A stretch of 59,595 bases of DNA from a virus. Lineage: Duplodnaviria; Caudoviricetes. Under the pieces are notes generated by a model. It was not told the DNA's origin. It saw nothing but the letters and a program-made list of their open reading frames with translations, and did not search any database. Made by a program: the position numbers and the translations under genes. This document shows, in pieces, positions 30,884 through 41,000 of the stretch. The stretch spans positions 1 to 59,595 of IMG/VR virus record IMGVR_UViG_3300009183_000106; one strand, written 5' to 3'. The first letter of the stretch is position 1; the number at the start of each line of letters is the position of its first letter.

Positions 30884-31039
30884 ATGGGACGACCTAAAAA
30901 AGAAGAAAAGGATAAAAAAATTAAAGTTGGGATTTGTATGGATAGACAACTTTATAAAAAAGTTATGGAAAATGGTGGTAAAGTGTCCCAAATAATAGAA
31001 AGTATAGTTAGAGAATATTATGGATACAAAGATTTGTAG
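30884..31039 (+). CDS. 51-aa ribbon-helix-helix-like protein upstream of HNH copy 2
   Basis: MGRPKK...KIKVGICMDRQLY...KVSQIIESIV; start 6 nt after TATTTAT (30871-30877). Confidence 0.65.
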   Translation: MGRPKKEEKDKKIKVGICMDRQLYKKVMENGGKVSQIIESIVREYYGYKDL

Positions 31040-31646
31040 TAAATGTAAGGAGAAAAAAAATATTTGTGAGTTTGGTAAAGATAAAACAAGAAAGGGTGGA
31101 TATAGTTATTTATGTAAACCTTGTTTAATTGAAAAAAGTTTCACTTATAAAAAAAATAATCGTGAAAAGGTTTTAAATGGTTATAAGGACTATCACAAAA
31201 AAAATGGTGAAAAAATAAAGAAGTCAAGAAAAGAATACGTAAAAAATAATCAGGATAAAATATTGGAATATAAGAAAAAATATTATTCGGAAAATAAAGA
31301 ATATTTTTTAAATTGGGAAAGAGAAAAACGAAAAAGTGATCCATTATTTAAACTATCCGGTAATATGCGTAAAAGAATTAATTCCTTTGTTAAGTTATCT
31401 AAATTTGATAAAAAAACCAAAACATTTAATCTTATTGGGTGCAATCCAATATCTTTAAAAGATTTTTTAGAGAAAAAATTCATAGAGGGAATGTGTTGGG
31501 GTAATTATGGGGAATGGCATATTGACCATATAATTCCATTATCTTCGGCAAAAACAGAAGAAGAGATCTATAAATTATGTCATTATAGTAACTTACAACC
31601 ATTATGGGCAATTGATAATTTAAAAAAAGGGTCTAAAATACTTTAG
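31020..31646 (+). CDS. HNH endonuclease with N-terminal zinc finger, copy 2
   Basis: CSKC...CKPC; WHIDHIIPLSSA...LCHYSNLQPLWAIDNLKKGSK. Confidence 0.85.
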   Translation: MDTKICSKCKEKKNICEFGKDKTRKGGYSYLCKPCLIEKSFTYKKNNREKVLNGYKDYHKKNGEKIKKSRKEYVKNNQDKILEYKKKYYSENKEYFLNWEREKRKSDPLFKLSGNMRKRINSFVKLSKFDKKTKTFNLIGCNPISLKDFLEKKFIEGMCWGNYGEWHIDHIIPLSSAKTEEEIYKLCHYSNLQPLWAIDNLKKGSKIL

Positions 31647-31993
31647 GTAATTTTTATTCCATCAGACGAAAGTACATACCAATTACCCTGAACAAATTGA
31701 AATTGGACACAAGCTCCTTTTTCTAACAACAGTTCATCCCACTCCTCATCAATTTTACCTGTGTTAGGTTTAATTAAAACACTAACCAGTGATTTTATAA
31801 TAATACGATTGGTGGTTTCAGAGTTTAATAAAATTTCTGATCCACCGATTGTTTTAACAATAATTAAATCCTCACCATTAGTGGTGTAATTCTTTTCTAA
31901 TAAAATTAAATTATCGTATTTGGTATTATCTTCTATGACGATATTCTGTTTCATTATGGTTTTTCTTATCGGTATTTCTTTAATTATTGGCAT
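31643..31993 (-). CDS. Hypothetical beta-rich protein
   Basis: 116-aa ORF starting 1 nt after the stop of the neck-protein gene. Confidence 0.6.
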   Translation of the reverse strand: MPIIKEIPIRKTIMKQNIVIEDNTKYDNLILLEKNYTTNGEDLIIVKTIGGSEILLNSETTNRIIIKSLVSVLIKPNTGKIDEEWDELLLEKGACVQFQFVQGNWYVLSSDGIKIT

Positions 31994-31994
31994 A

Positions 31995-33119
31995 TTAAAT
32001 AACGTATATTTGTCTTGGCATTGCCCTAAACTTAAGTGACTTATTTAAATTCTCAGCAATTAATGCCTCACGTTCCATTACTTTTTCAGGTTTCAATCTT
32101 GTTAATCTACCCTCAGCACCAATTAATTCATCAATCAATTTTGTTTTTTCATCTTTTGCTTCCGTTGCCAATGCGGCATAATCCATAGTTAAATCACCAT
32201 CAGGTGTTTTAAGGTTACCGCTAAATTTACCTCTTACTCTTGCTAGCGTTTCTTTACAATAAGCAATAAACCATCGTCTAACCCAAATTTGAGATGGGTT
32301 ATTAAGATCTACCCAACTAAGTTTGTCGTATGGTACATCAGACGGTAATTTAATAATATCGGGATTATTTTTTAAACATTCGTCTCTATCCGCAGGTCCA
32401 ACATCATAATACCAATACCAAACTCTACCTTTCATCATTGTAGAATTACCAAAGTCAAATTTACCTCCAGGTGTGTTCATTAAGTGAACCGCCTTTTTAC
32501 CTCCTGGTAATGCGGTTACTCTATATGTTAAATCCCCCGAAATAATTCTTTTCTGAATATTAATCTCTTGCATTCTCAATAACATATCAAACGCTGGCAT
32601 CATAAAGTAACTTCCTGCCATGTTACCCATTTGTGCAAATCCACCCGCTCCTCCGATACCACCACCGAATTCTCCGAATCCAAATCCAGCACCAAACATT
32701 GAACTATTTAAAGTTGCTGGTGTGAACCATAATAACTCATTTAATTCTCTATTTTCAGGAATTTCATAAACTTGTTGACCATGTACTAATTGAATGAAGT
32801 CTTTCTTTAATACCGAATCGCCTCCAGTCTGTAAACCTACAATTTTGGAATATGCATATGTGTATCGTGTTTCATAATCTAAACTTCTTGTTGTAAACGC
32901 TTTTGATAATGATTGGGTGTCCAAGTTTAAATTATACAAATTAGTCCACTGAGATTCAGTTAACCAATCTTGGATGTATTGAGAATATTCATCAATAGAA
33001 AATTCAAGAAGAGTGTCCATTTGTTCCTCCTCCAATTCTACACTTCTAAGTGGAGCACCTAAAACGTGTTTCACTTTTTTGTATAGGTCACTTCTTTCTG
33101 GTTCGTTAATTATTGACAT
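31995..33119 (-). CDS. Neck / head-tail adaptor protein (T4 gp13-like)
   Basis: LGAPLRSVELEEEQ N-terminus, WVRRWFIAYCKETLARVRGKF, PDGDLTMD. Confidence 0.7.
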   Translation of the reverse strand: MSIINEPERSDLYKKVKHVLGAPLRSVELEEEQMDTLLEFSIDEYSQYIQDWLTESQWTNLYNLNLDTQSLSKAFTTRSLDYETRYTYAYSKIVGLQTGGDSVLKKDFIQLVHGQQVYEIPENRELNELLWFTPATLNSSMFGAGFGFGEFGGGIGGAGGFAQMGNMAGSYFMMPAFDMLLRMQEINIQKRIISGDLTYRVTALPGGKKAVHLMNTPGGKFDFGNSTMMKGRVWYWYYDVGPADRDECLKNNPDIIKLPSDVPYDKLSWVDLNNPSQIWVRRWFIAYCKETLARVRGKFSGNLKTPDGDLTMDYAALATEAKDEKTKLIDELIGAEGRLTRLKPEKVMEREALIAENLNKSLKFRAMPRQIYVI

Positions 33120-33144
33120 ATAAGTTTTATTTATAAATATCTTA

Positions 33145-34233
33145 TTATTTTGTTCTTAACAAATATAATTCGTTAACAAATTTCCAATTAACGTGATTCC
33201 AAAAATTATTTATATATTCATCACGTTTATTACGATATTTTAGATAGTATGCGTGTTCCCACACATCAAGACCTAACAATGGATAACCACCATCCTTAAC
33301 GACATTCATTAATGGATTATCTTGGTTAGGTGTGGAAATAATTTTTAATCTATTATTTTTAGTTAAAATTAACCAAGCCCACCCTGATCCAAATTGATCT
33401 TTAGCAACCTGATTAAATTCGTCTTTTAATTTTTTAATATTTCCGTATTGTTTTGTGATTTTTTCATATACTCCACCACTTGGTTTTTGTTTAGTTGGGC
33501 TTAACATTTTCCAAAAAAGTGCGTGGTTAAAGGCTCCACCTGCATTATTTCTAACCTTAGTGTCATATTTACTAATGTTTTTAACTATGTCTTCCAATTC
33601 AACCTCACCTTTTTTATTTGCAAGAGCATCGTTTAATTTTTTAACATAACCTTTATAGTGTTTGTTGTAATGAACGTCCATAGTTTCAGGATCCACAAAT
33701 TGTTTCATAGATGAATATGAATACGGTAATTTTTCAATACCAATTTTTTTCATCTCCATTAAAAAATCTTTCTTAATATTTTGTTTTTCTGAAATTAAAA
33801 TTTGTTCATTAATAAGATTAATTTTATTGTTAATACCTTTTAATCCTTCAAAAACAAATTCATTAAATTGTGGATATTCTTCTTCAAACATTTTGATTAG
33901 TCGACCAGCGTAGGCATTTGCTTCATCTTCATTCTGACCCCCAATGTTTGGGCCTTGTTCTCTTTTAAGAATATCTCTTTGATAAGAATGAACCCACTCA
34001 TGAGCCAATGTTCTCATTATATCACGATTTAATCTACCATCAGTTAAGACTTTAATACCATCTTTAGGATGTTGACTACCTGTAGTCATATTACTTGTTT
34101 TTTTCCCCAAAAATTGAATAGTAATATCATCCTTTAATTGATAATTCCTTTGTAAGAATTTAATAAAGGTGTGAATTAACTCGTTATACTTTGGATCAAG
34201 TCCTGAATCTATACGTTTGATACTTACTTTCAT
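33145..34233 (-). CDS. sodA: Mn/Fe superoxide dismutase with N-terminal HExxH metallopeptidase-like domain
   Basis: LPYSY, HYNKH, NNAGGAFNH, FGSGWAWL, NQDNP, DVWEHAYY (GG and Q signatures favour Mn type); N-terminal TLAHEWVH...EDEANA. Confidence 0.9.
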   Translation of the reverse strand: MKVSIKRIDSGLDPKYNELIHTFIKFLQRNYQLKDDITIQFLGKKTSNMTTGSQHPKDGIKVLTDGRLNRDIMRTLAHEWVHSYQRDILKREQGPNIGGQNEDEANAYAGRLIKMFEEEYPQFNEFVFEGLKGINNKINLINEQILISEKQNIKKDFLMEMKKIGIEKLPYSYSSMKQFVDPETMDVHYNKHYKGYVKKLNDALANKKGEVELEDIVKNISKYDTKVRNNAGGAFNHALFWKMLSPTKQKPSGGVYEKITKQYGNIKKLKDEFNQVAKDQFGSGWAWLILTKNNRLKIISTPNQDNPLMNVVKDGGYPLLGLDVWEHAYYLKYRNKRDEYINNFWNHVNWKFVNELYLLRTK

Positions 34234-34264
34234 TATTGATAAATATTATCAATAACAAAAAGAT

Positions 34265-36028
34265 TTACCTTCTCTTATTAATTAAACCAAGTATTTCCTC
34301 AACAACATCACCAACGTTTTCAGGTTGTTCGTCCCCCATAACGGTTCTAATGACTTCTTTTTTACGATTTAGAATGTCATATACCGCACCTTCTATTGTG
34401 TTTTCATATAATGGGTAATAAACAAGTACATTTGATTTTTGACCATAACGATACGCCCTATCTTCAGCCTGAGCGTGTTCGGCGGGAACAAATGATAGGT
34501 CATTCATAATCACAACCTCAGCAGCAGTTAAGGTTAATCCAACACCCGCAGCCTTTAAGTTACCAACAAACACTTTAATTTTATCGTTCTCCTGAAACTC
34601 ATCAACCGCATTTTGACGATGAGGTTTGGAACAACTACCATCTAAATAAACTGCTTGTTTTCCAAAATGATTATAGATTGTTTGTAAAGTATCAGTAAAA
34701 TTGGTAAAGATTATAACTTTCTTACCTTGTTCGATAATGTTCTCAACAAATTCAATTGTTTGTTTTGTTTTTTCATTTGCAATGATCTTACGTACCTTCA
34801 TTAATTTTGAGAACTGAACGGTAAGTGACGATGACTCATCCTTTTTATTGTCAAACCATTCATAATATTCCCCCATCAACTCTTCATACTCTTTAGATTT
34901 CAAACGAAGATATACAGGAGAAATGATTTTATCAGGAAGATCTAACACATCTTCTTTTAATCTACGAAGTATTTGTTTTGAAGTTCGGTCTCTTAATTCT
35001 TCCAAATTAGATGCCCCCGTTACATTCCAAACTTTTCGTTTACCTGCCATAAATTGATAACCTTGACAATAACGAATTGCGTAAGCCATCCAATTTTGTG
35101 CAACGGGTGATTCAATAATGTTTAGTAAGTTATAATAGTTCATTGGTCGAGAAGTCATTGGGGTTCCCGTTAATAACCAAACTCTTTTAATGTCCTTAAC
35201 AAAATGGTTAATAATCTTTGTTCGTTGAGCTTGGGGATTTGATATCATATGTGCCTCATCTAAGATAACCAACTCAAATTCCGATTGTTTCAACAATGAC
35301 GTACCCTTTTTTTCCATATCATGGAAGTTTTTAAGAATGTCATAGTTTACGATAACAAAATCAGACTCAGTTGAAAATTTCTTCCCCTCTGCAATATATA
35401 CAGGTCGATCAGTGTAGTTTTCAATCTCACGTTGCCAGTTAATCTTTAATGATGCTGGACATATGATTAATATTTTCTTTGCACCTGTCTCTAAAGCCGC
35501 AATAATAGTTGCGGTCGTTTTACCAAGACCCATATCATCAGCAAGAATGAATCGTCTTGATCCTGCCAATTTTTCTACCGCTTCTTTTTGGTGTTCCAAT
35601 GGTGGTCGGTGGTCGTATTTAGAGTAATCTACCTCAACTTTCTCAACGTTGTGAGTTTTTATTAATGAAGATTTAGGAACCCAAAATTCTGTTAAAGGAT
35701 CCTTCTCAAAAAATTTACCCCAAATATGATATGATTTTTCTTTCTCAACTAATAATTTTTCAATGTAGATTTTTTCTGGTGTTTCCATCAGATATCTTTC
35801 TTCGGTAAACTTTTTTGCGAAATACGTATCAAGATCGACCCACTTACGAGCAATCTTAGGGACCGTATCGTAATAATTTATAATGTAATCAGATTGAGTC
35901 CTTGTTGGATAAAACTTTTTGTTAGTTTCTTTTTTTGCTTTTAAGTACAATATATGGTTGTTGGATCCCGAATACGAGTCCAATAACGACAAAGCCTTAT
36001 GCTCTATTAATGATGGGGTAACGTCCAA
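34265..36028 (-). CDS. SNF2-family helicase (SMARCAL1/HARP-like)
   Basis: ILADDMGLGKT, ICPASLKINW, DEAH, LTGTP, GVGLTLT, QAEDRAYRYGQ; probable TTG start at 36028. Confidence 0.9.
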   Translation of the reverse strand: MDVTPSLIEHKALSLLDSYSGSNNHILYLKAKKETNKKFYPTRTQSDYIINYYDTVPKIARKWVDLDTYFAKKFTEERYLMETPEKIYIEKLLVEKEKSYHIWGKFFEKDPLTEFWVPKSSLIKTHNVEKVEVDYSKYDHRPPLEHQKEAVEKLAGSRRFILADDMGLGKTTATIIAALETGAKKILIICPASLKINWQREIENYTDRPVYIAEGKKFSTESDFVIVNYDILKNFHDMEKKGTSLLKQSEFELVILDEAHMISNPQAQRTKIINHFVKDIKRVWLLTGTPMTSRPMNYYNLLNIIESPVAQNWMAYAIRYCQGYQFMAGKRKVWNVTGASNLEELRDRTSKQILRRLKEDVLDLPDKIISPVYLRLKSKEYEELMGEYYEWFDNKKDESSSLTVQFSKLMKVRKIIANEKTKQTIEFVENIIEQGKKVIIFTNFTDTLQTIYNHFGKQAVYLDGSCSKPHRQNAVDEFQENDKIKVFVGNLKAAGVGLTLTAAEVVIMNDLSFVPAEHAQAEDRAYRYGQKSNVLVYYPLYENTIEGAVYDILNRKKEVIRTVMGDEQPENVGDVVEEILGLINKRR

Positions 36029-36086
36029 AATTTTGTTTTTTATAAAAATAACAATAAAAAAGATATTTATCAATAAATACGACAAA

Positions 36087-36599
36087 ATGGCAAATAGAGT
36101 TCCTATAACAAGACTAGGGAAATTTTTTGGTGATAATGATTTTAACCTTGAGATTGAGATGGGTCAAGAATGGTTAATTGGTGATATGAATTACACTTGT
36201 GTACTTTATAGAGTTGATAAAGTAAAAACCAAAATTGACGATGTATATGGTGAAACAGTTAAAGATGGTATTAAATTTTTACCCCCTGTTGAGTTTAATG
36301 CGTATGTTGGAATTGCAGCACCTGAAAACAAATTATTAGGTTCCACTAAAATGGATCAATTTGAACCAGGTAATATCACAATGTCTGTTTATTTAAAAAC
36401 TTTAGAAGATTTAGAGATAGATATCCAATTTGGAGATTATGTGGGTTATTATGATACAGAAAGTTTTGTGAGATACTATACGGTGGTTAATGATGGTCGT
36501 GTCACTTCGGATATAAAACATACTTATAAAGGATATAAACCTTTTTATAGGACAATAATAGGGTCACCTGTTGGTCCAAACGAATTTAGAGGATTATGA
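36087..36599 (+). CDS. Putative neck / head-closure protein (gp14-like)
   Basis: Likely start MANRVP at 36087 after TATTTAT (36064); DDVYGE motif; synteny. Confidence 0.55.
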   Translation: MANRVPITRLGKFFGDNDFNLEIEMGQEWLIGDMNYTCVLYRVDKVKTKIDDVYGETVKDGIKFLPPVEFNAYVGIAAPENKLLGSTKMDQFEPGNITMSVYLKTLEDLEIDIQFGDYVGYYDTESFVRYYTVVNDGRVTSDIKHTYKGYKPFYRTIIGSPVGPNEFRGL

Positions 36600-36743
36600 A
36601 AATAATAATAATAACTGAGGAGCAAGAAGAATTGTTAAAAAATAAAGTTAACAATTTAATTGGTAAAAAAGTAATGTGTTATTACGACTTACACAGACAT
36701 TGAAATGATTAACATTAAAGATAAAATATTTTTAATAAACTAA
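36596..36743 (+). pseudogene. Probable internally deleted gene remnant
   Basis: 35-aa ORF MKIIIITEEQ...KKVMCYYDLHRH* (36596-36703) coupled by ATGA to the upstream gene; an out-of-frame tail IEMINIKDKIFLIN* ends just before the next ATG. Confidence 0.5.
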
Positions 36744-36744
36744 T

Positions 36745-37782
36745 ATGGGGTTACCTAAAAAAATAAAAAAAGATATACCATTAATACCTAAGAAGACACT
36801 TCTTCCTAGACGACATGAGATTGCCGATATGATTTCGGAAGACGGTACTTATTTACCTAAAAGTTTATTACATGCCGATTTAGATAGAGGATTTTTAGAT
36901 TTTGTTAAAGACGGACTTAAAACTGTGGTTGAGGGAAAAACCGTACCAATGGTAGATGTTTTAATTACAACACAAAATTGGGCTCAGTTTGTTGAGACGT
37001 GGGACTTTGAAAATATTGACAAGAATGTTGAACCACCATTTATTACGGTGATCAGAACGCCTGAAGTTAAATATGGTAATAACCCTGCGGTTATGTATAA
37101 TATTCCAAACAGAAGATTATATTATTACGCTAAAGTACCAACTTGGGATGGGCAACGTCACGGAATGGATATTTACAAGATCCCACAACCTGTACCAGTT
37201 GATATAAAATATACCGTTGCAATTGTTTGTAATAGGATGAGAGAGTTAAATAAATTCAACCAAATTGTATTAGAAAAATTTGCATCAAGACAAGCGTACC
37301 AAACAATTAAAGGACATTATATTCCAATTATTAATGATGATATTGTCGATGAATCAATTATGGATTTGGAAAAGAGAAAAGTATATATTCAAAAATATAC
37401 TTTCACAATGATGGGATTCTTAATAGACGAAGATGAGTTTGAGGTACAACCCGCAGTTACAAGGATATTCCAAATGTACGAAACGGAAAGTAAAATCAAG
37501 AAAAGAAAACCTAAAAAGGAAGTTCCTAACTCACCCCTAACCGCAACCTTTGTATATTCAGATGTTGACATAGAAAAGGAGGAAATGTTTAATTATACCG
37601 TAAATATGCGTTTTATGGATAGTGACAATGTTGATACCTATTCTGTATTCATTAATGATGATTATTATGGTGATGATATTAATGAAATACAAGTTAACAA
37701 TGGGGATGTAATTAAAATAACAATTGATAAAAAAATTGGTGGACAACCATCGTCAATAGTATTTAACGAGGAGTTAATTTAA
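36745..37782 (+). CDS. Putative tail terminator / completion protein (gp15-like)
   Basis: IPQPVPVDIKY motif; immediately upstream of the tail sheath. Confidence 0.55.
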   Translation: MGLPKKIKKDIPLIPKKTLLPRRHEIADMISEDGTYLPKSLLHADLDRGFLDFVKDGLKTVVEGKTVPMVDVLITTQNWAQFVETWDFENIDKNVEPPFITVIRTPEVKYGNNPAVMYNIPNRRLYYYAKVPTWDGQRHGMDIYKIPQPVPVDIKYTVAIVCNRMRELNKFNQIVLEKFASRQAYQTIKGHYIPIINDDIVDESIMDLEKRKVYIQKYTFTMMGFLIDEDEFEVQPAVTRIFQMYETESKIKKRKPKKEVPNSPLTATFVYSDVDIEKEEMFNYTVNMRFMDSDNVDTYSVFINDDYYGDDINEIQVNNGDVIKITIDKKIGGQPSSIVFNEELI

Positions 37783-37943
37783 TCCTCCCCGTATATATCT
37801 TTTTTTTCCTTACATTTTTCAAAAATAAGGTTCTCTAAAAACCGATACATTTTAATCCCTCTTTTATCACAATACTTCTTTAAAGTCTCGTGTGATTCAA
37901 CTGAAATCTTCAAGTTTTTTATCTTCTTAGTATCTTTATCCAT
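37779..37943 (-). CDS. Small ribbon-helix-helix-like DNA-binding protein
   Basis: KIKNLKISVESHETLKKYCDKRGIKMYRFLENLI; minus-strand TATTTAT at 37980-37986. Confidence 0.65.
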   Translation of the reverse strand: MDKDTKKIKNLKISVESHETLKKYCDKRGIKMYRFLENLIFEKCKEKKDIYGED

Positions 37944-38066
37944 AGGTAGAAAAAAGGCAGAATAAAATCTTACCAAAATATAAATAGTTTCGAATAAGTA
38001 AAGTTTTTCGTCAAATTATCAATATTTATATAATAAATAAAATTAAAAACAAAAATAAATTAAATT

Positions 38067-41000
38067 ATGGCAACTAACGGTAAAGTATTCGTATCACCTG
38101 GTGTATATACTTCTGAAGTGGATTTAAGTTTTGTGGCACAAAGTGTGGGGGTTACCACATTAGGTATTGCTGGCGAAACTTTAAAGGGTCCGGCTTTCGA
38201 ACCGATATTCATCAAAAATTATGAAGAATTTCAAACTTACTTCGGAGGGACATCCGCAGAAAAATTTATAAACACACAAATCCCTAAATATGAAGCGGCT
38301 TACATTGCAAAATCATATTTACAACAATCTAATCAATTATTTGTAACAAGAGTTTTAGGGCTTTCTGGTTATGATGCAGGACCATCTTGGTCTATTATAA
38401 CTCAAGCGAATGTTGATCCTACCACTATTGATTTTTATTGTGAAACACCACAAATAGTTGATTGTTTACCTTATTGTGATCCTGCTGATTATAAGATTAT
38501 ACCTTATACTGTAGGATTTACGGGGTGTACAAACTCACAATCAACAATTAGTTATACAACTAGTTTCCCTGATGAAATTGAAACTCTTTTAACTACTCAA
38601 TTTGAACAATTTAATGGAGATGTGTCAACACTACAAACTCAAATCAATAATATGGTTTTTGACGTGTTAACAGATGCTAACCCATTTACCGCACAAACTA
38701 ATACAATCGATTATTTTGGAACAATTTATGGTCCTGATTACGACGTTTTATCAACGGTATTTACTAATGAAACTAATGTTTATGGTGTACCTTCAGTATC
38801 AAGTACTGAAACTAGTTATGAATCACCATATAATGATCCTTGGTATTATTCATTGTTTTCTAACAATGGTAATAATAGTTATTCAGGTTTTTCATTCTTC
38901 GCTTATGTTGACGATTTAAGTTTAGTTCCGGTAACAACAACAACGACAATAGCGTTCACACCGACACCAACACCGTCGGCGGTTAATCCATGTGCAACTG
39001 CAACACCGATGACATCACCTACACCTACGCCAACCGCAACTAACACTAATTGTTATACAGGTACAATTAATGGTTCAATCTATTATTATACAGGTACGTC
39101 ATACACTAATTTTGATAATTTAGTTGTTGGAACATTAAGATCAAGAGGAATTGCAACATATGAGAATTCAACAAACCCTGTGTTTGAGGTAACAAATATC
39201 AACAACGTAAATTTAAATATGTCAGGACAATATTTAGGTGTTCTTAAAAACCCATATTTACCATTCGTTGTTAATGTAACAAATGATGATGGAACTTCAT
39301 TCTCTTTTGAGACATCATTCGCAACTTCAGATTCTCAGTACATTTCTAAAGTATTTGGAGCAACTAACTTCCAAAAACCAAGAAAGAATGTTCCTTTATT
39401 CTTAGAGGAAAGATTCCAAGCGTTGTTAAACTACGGATGGAATAAAGGTTTCATTAGAGGTTTAAGTTCAGAATTAATCGCATTAGATTCCGCACAAAGT
39501 GGACAACAAGATAGTATTGGGTGGTACTTAGATAGATACCAATCACCAAACACCCCTTGGATTGTATCTGAATTAAGAGGTACTAAAGTATTTAACTTGT
39601 TTAGATTCTACTCAATTTCTGATGGTAACTCAGCAAACTCTGAAATTAAAGTTTCACTTATCAATATGTCATTCTCCAATGGAACGTTTGACGTAATTGT
39701 AAGGGACTTCTATGATTCAGATGCTAACCCTACAGTTTTAGAGAAATTCACAAATTGTAGTATGAACCCAAGTCAAAATAATTTCATCGGTAAAAAAATC
39801 GGTTCATTAGACGGAGAATTCGCATTGATCTCTAAATTTGTAATGGTTGAAATGAATGAAGATGCACCTGTTGATTCATTACCTTGTGGTTTTGACGGAT
39901 ATACATTCAGAGAATATGATGGTGTAACACCTCCATTCCCTGTATATAAAACTAAATATGATTACCCAGGAGAAATTGTTTACAATCCACCTTTCGGTTT
40001 TACAAATGGTAATGATGATTCAATTAGATCAAATGGTGATAACGTTAGAAGAACTTATTTAGGTTTCTCTAATAACATCGGATTTGATACCGACTTCTTC
40101 CAATACAAAGGAAAAAGAGCACCAATTGATTTATGTAATGTTGATGGGGTTGAGTGGTCATACCAAACAAGAGGATTCCACATGGATAAAGATGCTAGTG
40201 TTATCGAAATAGGACCATTTTTTGCAACAAGTGGAACACCTAAATATTATGTTGGTGATGCTACATTCCAACAAGAACCTACAAACGAAACAAGTCCATA
40301 TTATAGAATTTATTCAAGAAAATTCACAACAATGTTCTATGGTGGTTTTGATGGATGGGATATCTATAGAGAATATAGAACAAACGGAGACAGATATGTA
40401 CTTGGTAGAACAGGATTCTTAAATGGGGCTTGTCCTTCACCAAGATATCCAGACGCTAAAGGATGGGGAGCATTTAAACAAGTGTCAATCGGTGACGGAA
40501 CTCAAAGTTTCGCAAATACTGACTACTACGCTTACTTATTAGGAGTTCAAACATTCTCTAACCCTGAAGCGGTAAACATTAATGTATTTGTATCTCCTGG
40601 TATTGATTATGTAAATAATAGTGACTTAGTTGAGGCGACAATCGATATGATTGAGAACAACAGAGCTGACTCATTGTATATTGCAACAACACCTGACTAC
40701 AATATGTTCTTACCTTCAACTACAGGTGGTGATGGATTAATCTACCCACAAGAAGCGGTTGACAACTTAGAACAAACAGGAATTGACTCTAACTACACGG
40801 CTACTTATTACCCTTGGGTGTTAACTCGTGATAGTGTGAACAATACTCAAATCTATATCCCAGCAACGGCTGAGGTAACGAGAAACTTAGCGTTGACCGA
40901 TAACATTGCATTCCCTTGGTTCGCAGCGGCAGGTTACACAAGAGGTATTGTAAACTCAATTAAAGCACGTAAGAAGTTGACCCAAGAAGATAGAGATACT

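Noticed and set aside
35919-36086. Overlapping N-terminal extensions of the helicase and neck ORFs in the ORF track
   Set aside because: Extensions are low-complexity intergenic translation; starts at 36028 and 36087 remove the overlap and fit the promoter motif.
37779-37782. TTAA stop-codon overlap as a transposon target-site signature for the HNH cassettes
   Set aside because: The same overlap occurs here between ordinary convergent genes, and no terminal inverted repeats or duplications were seen.
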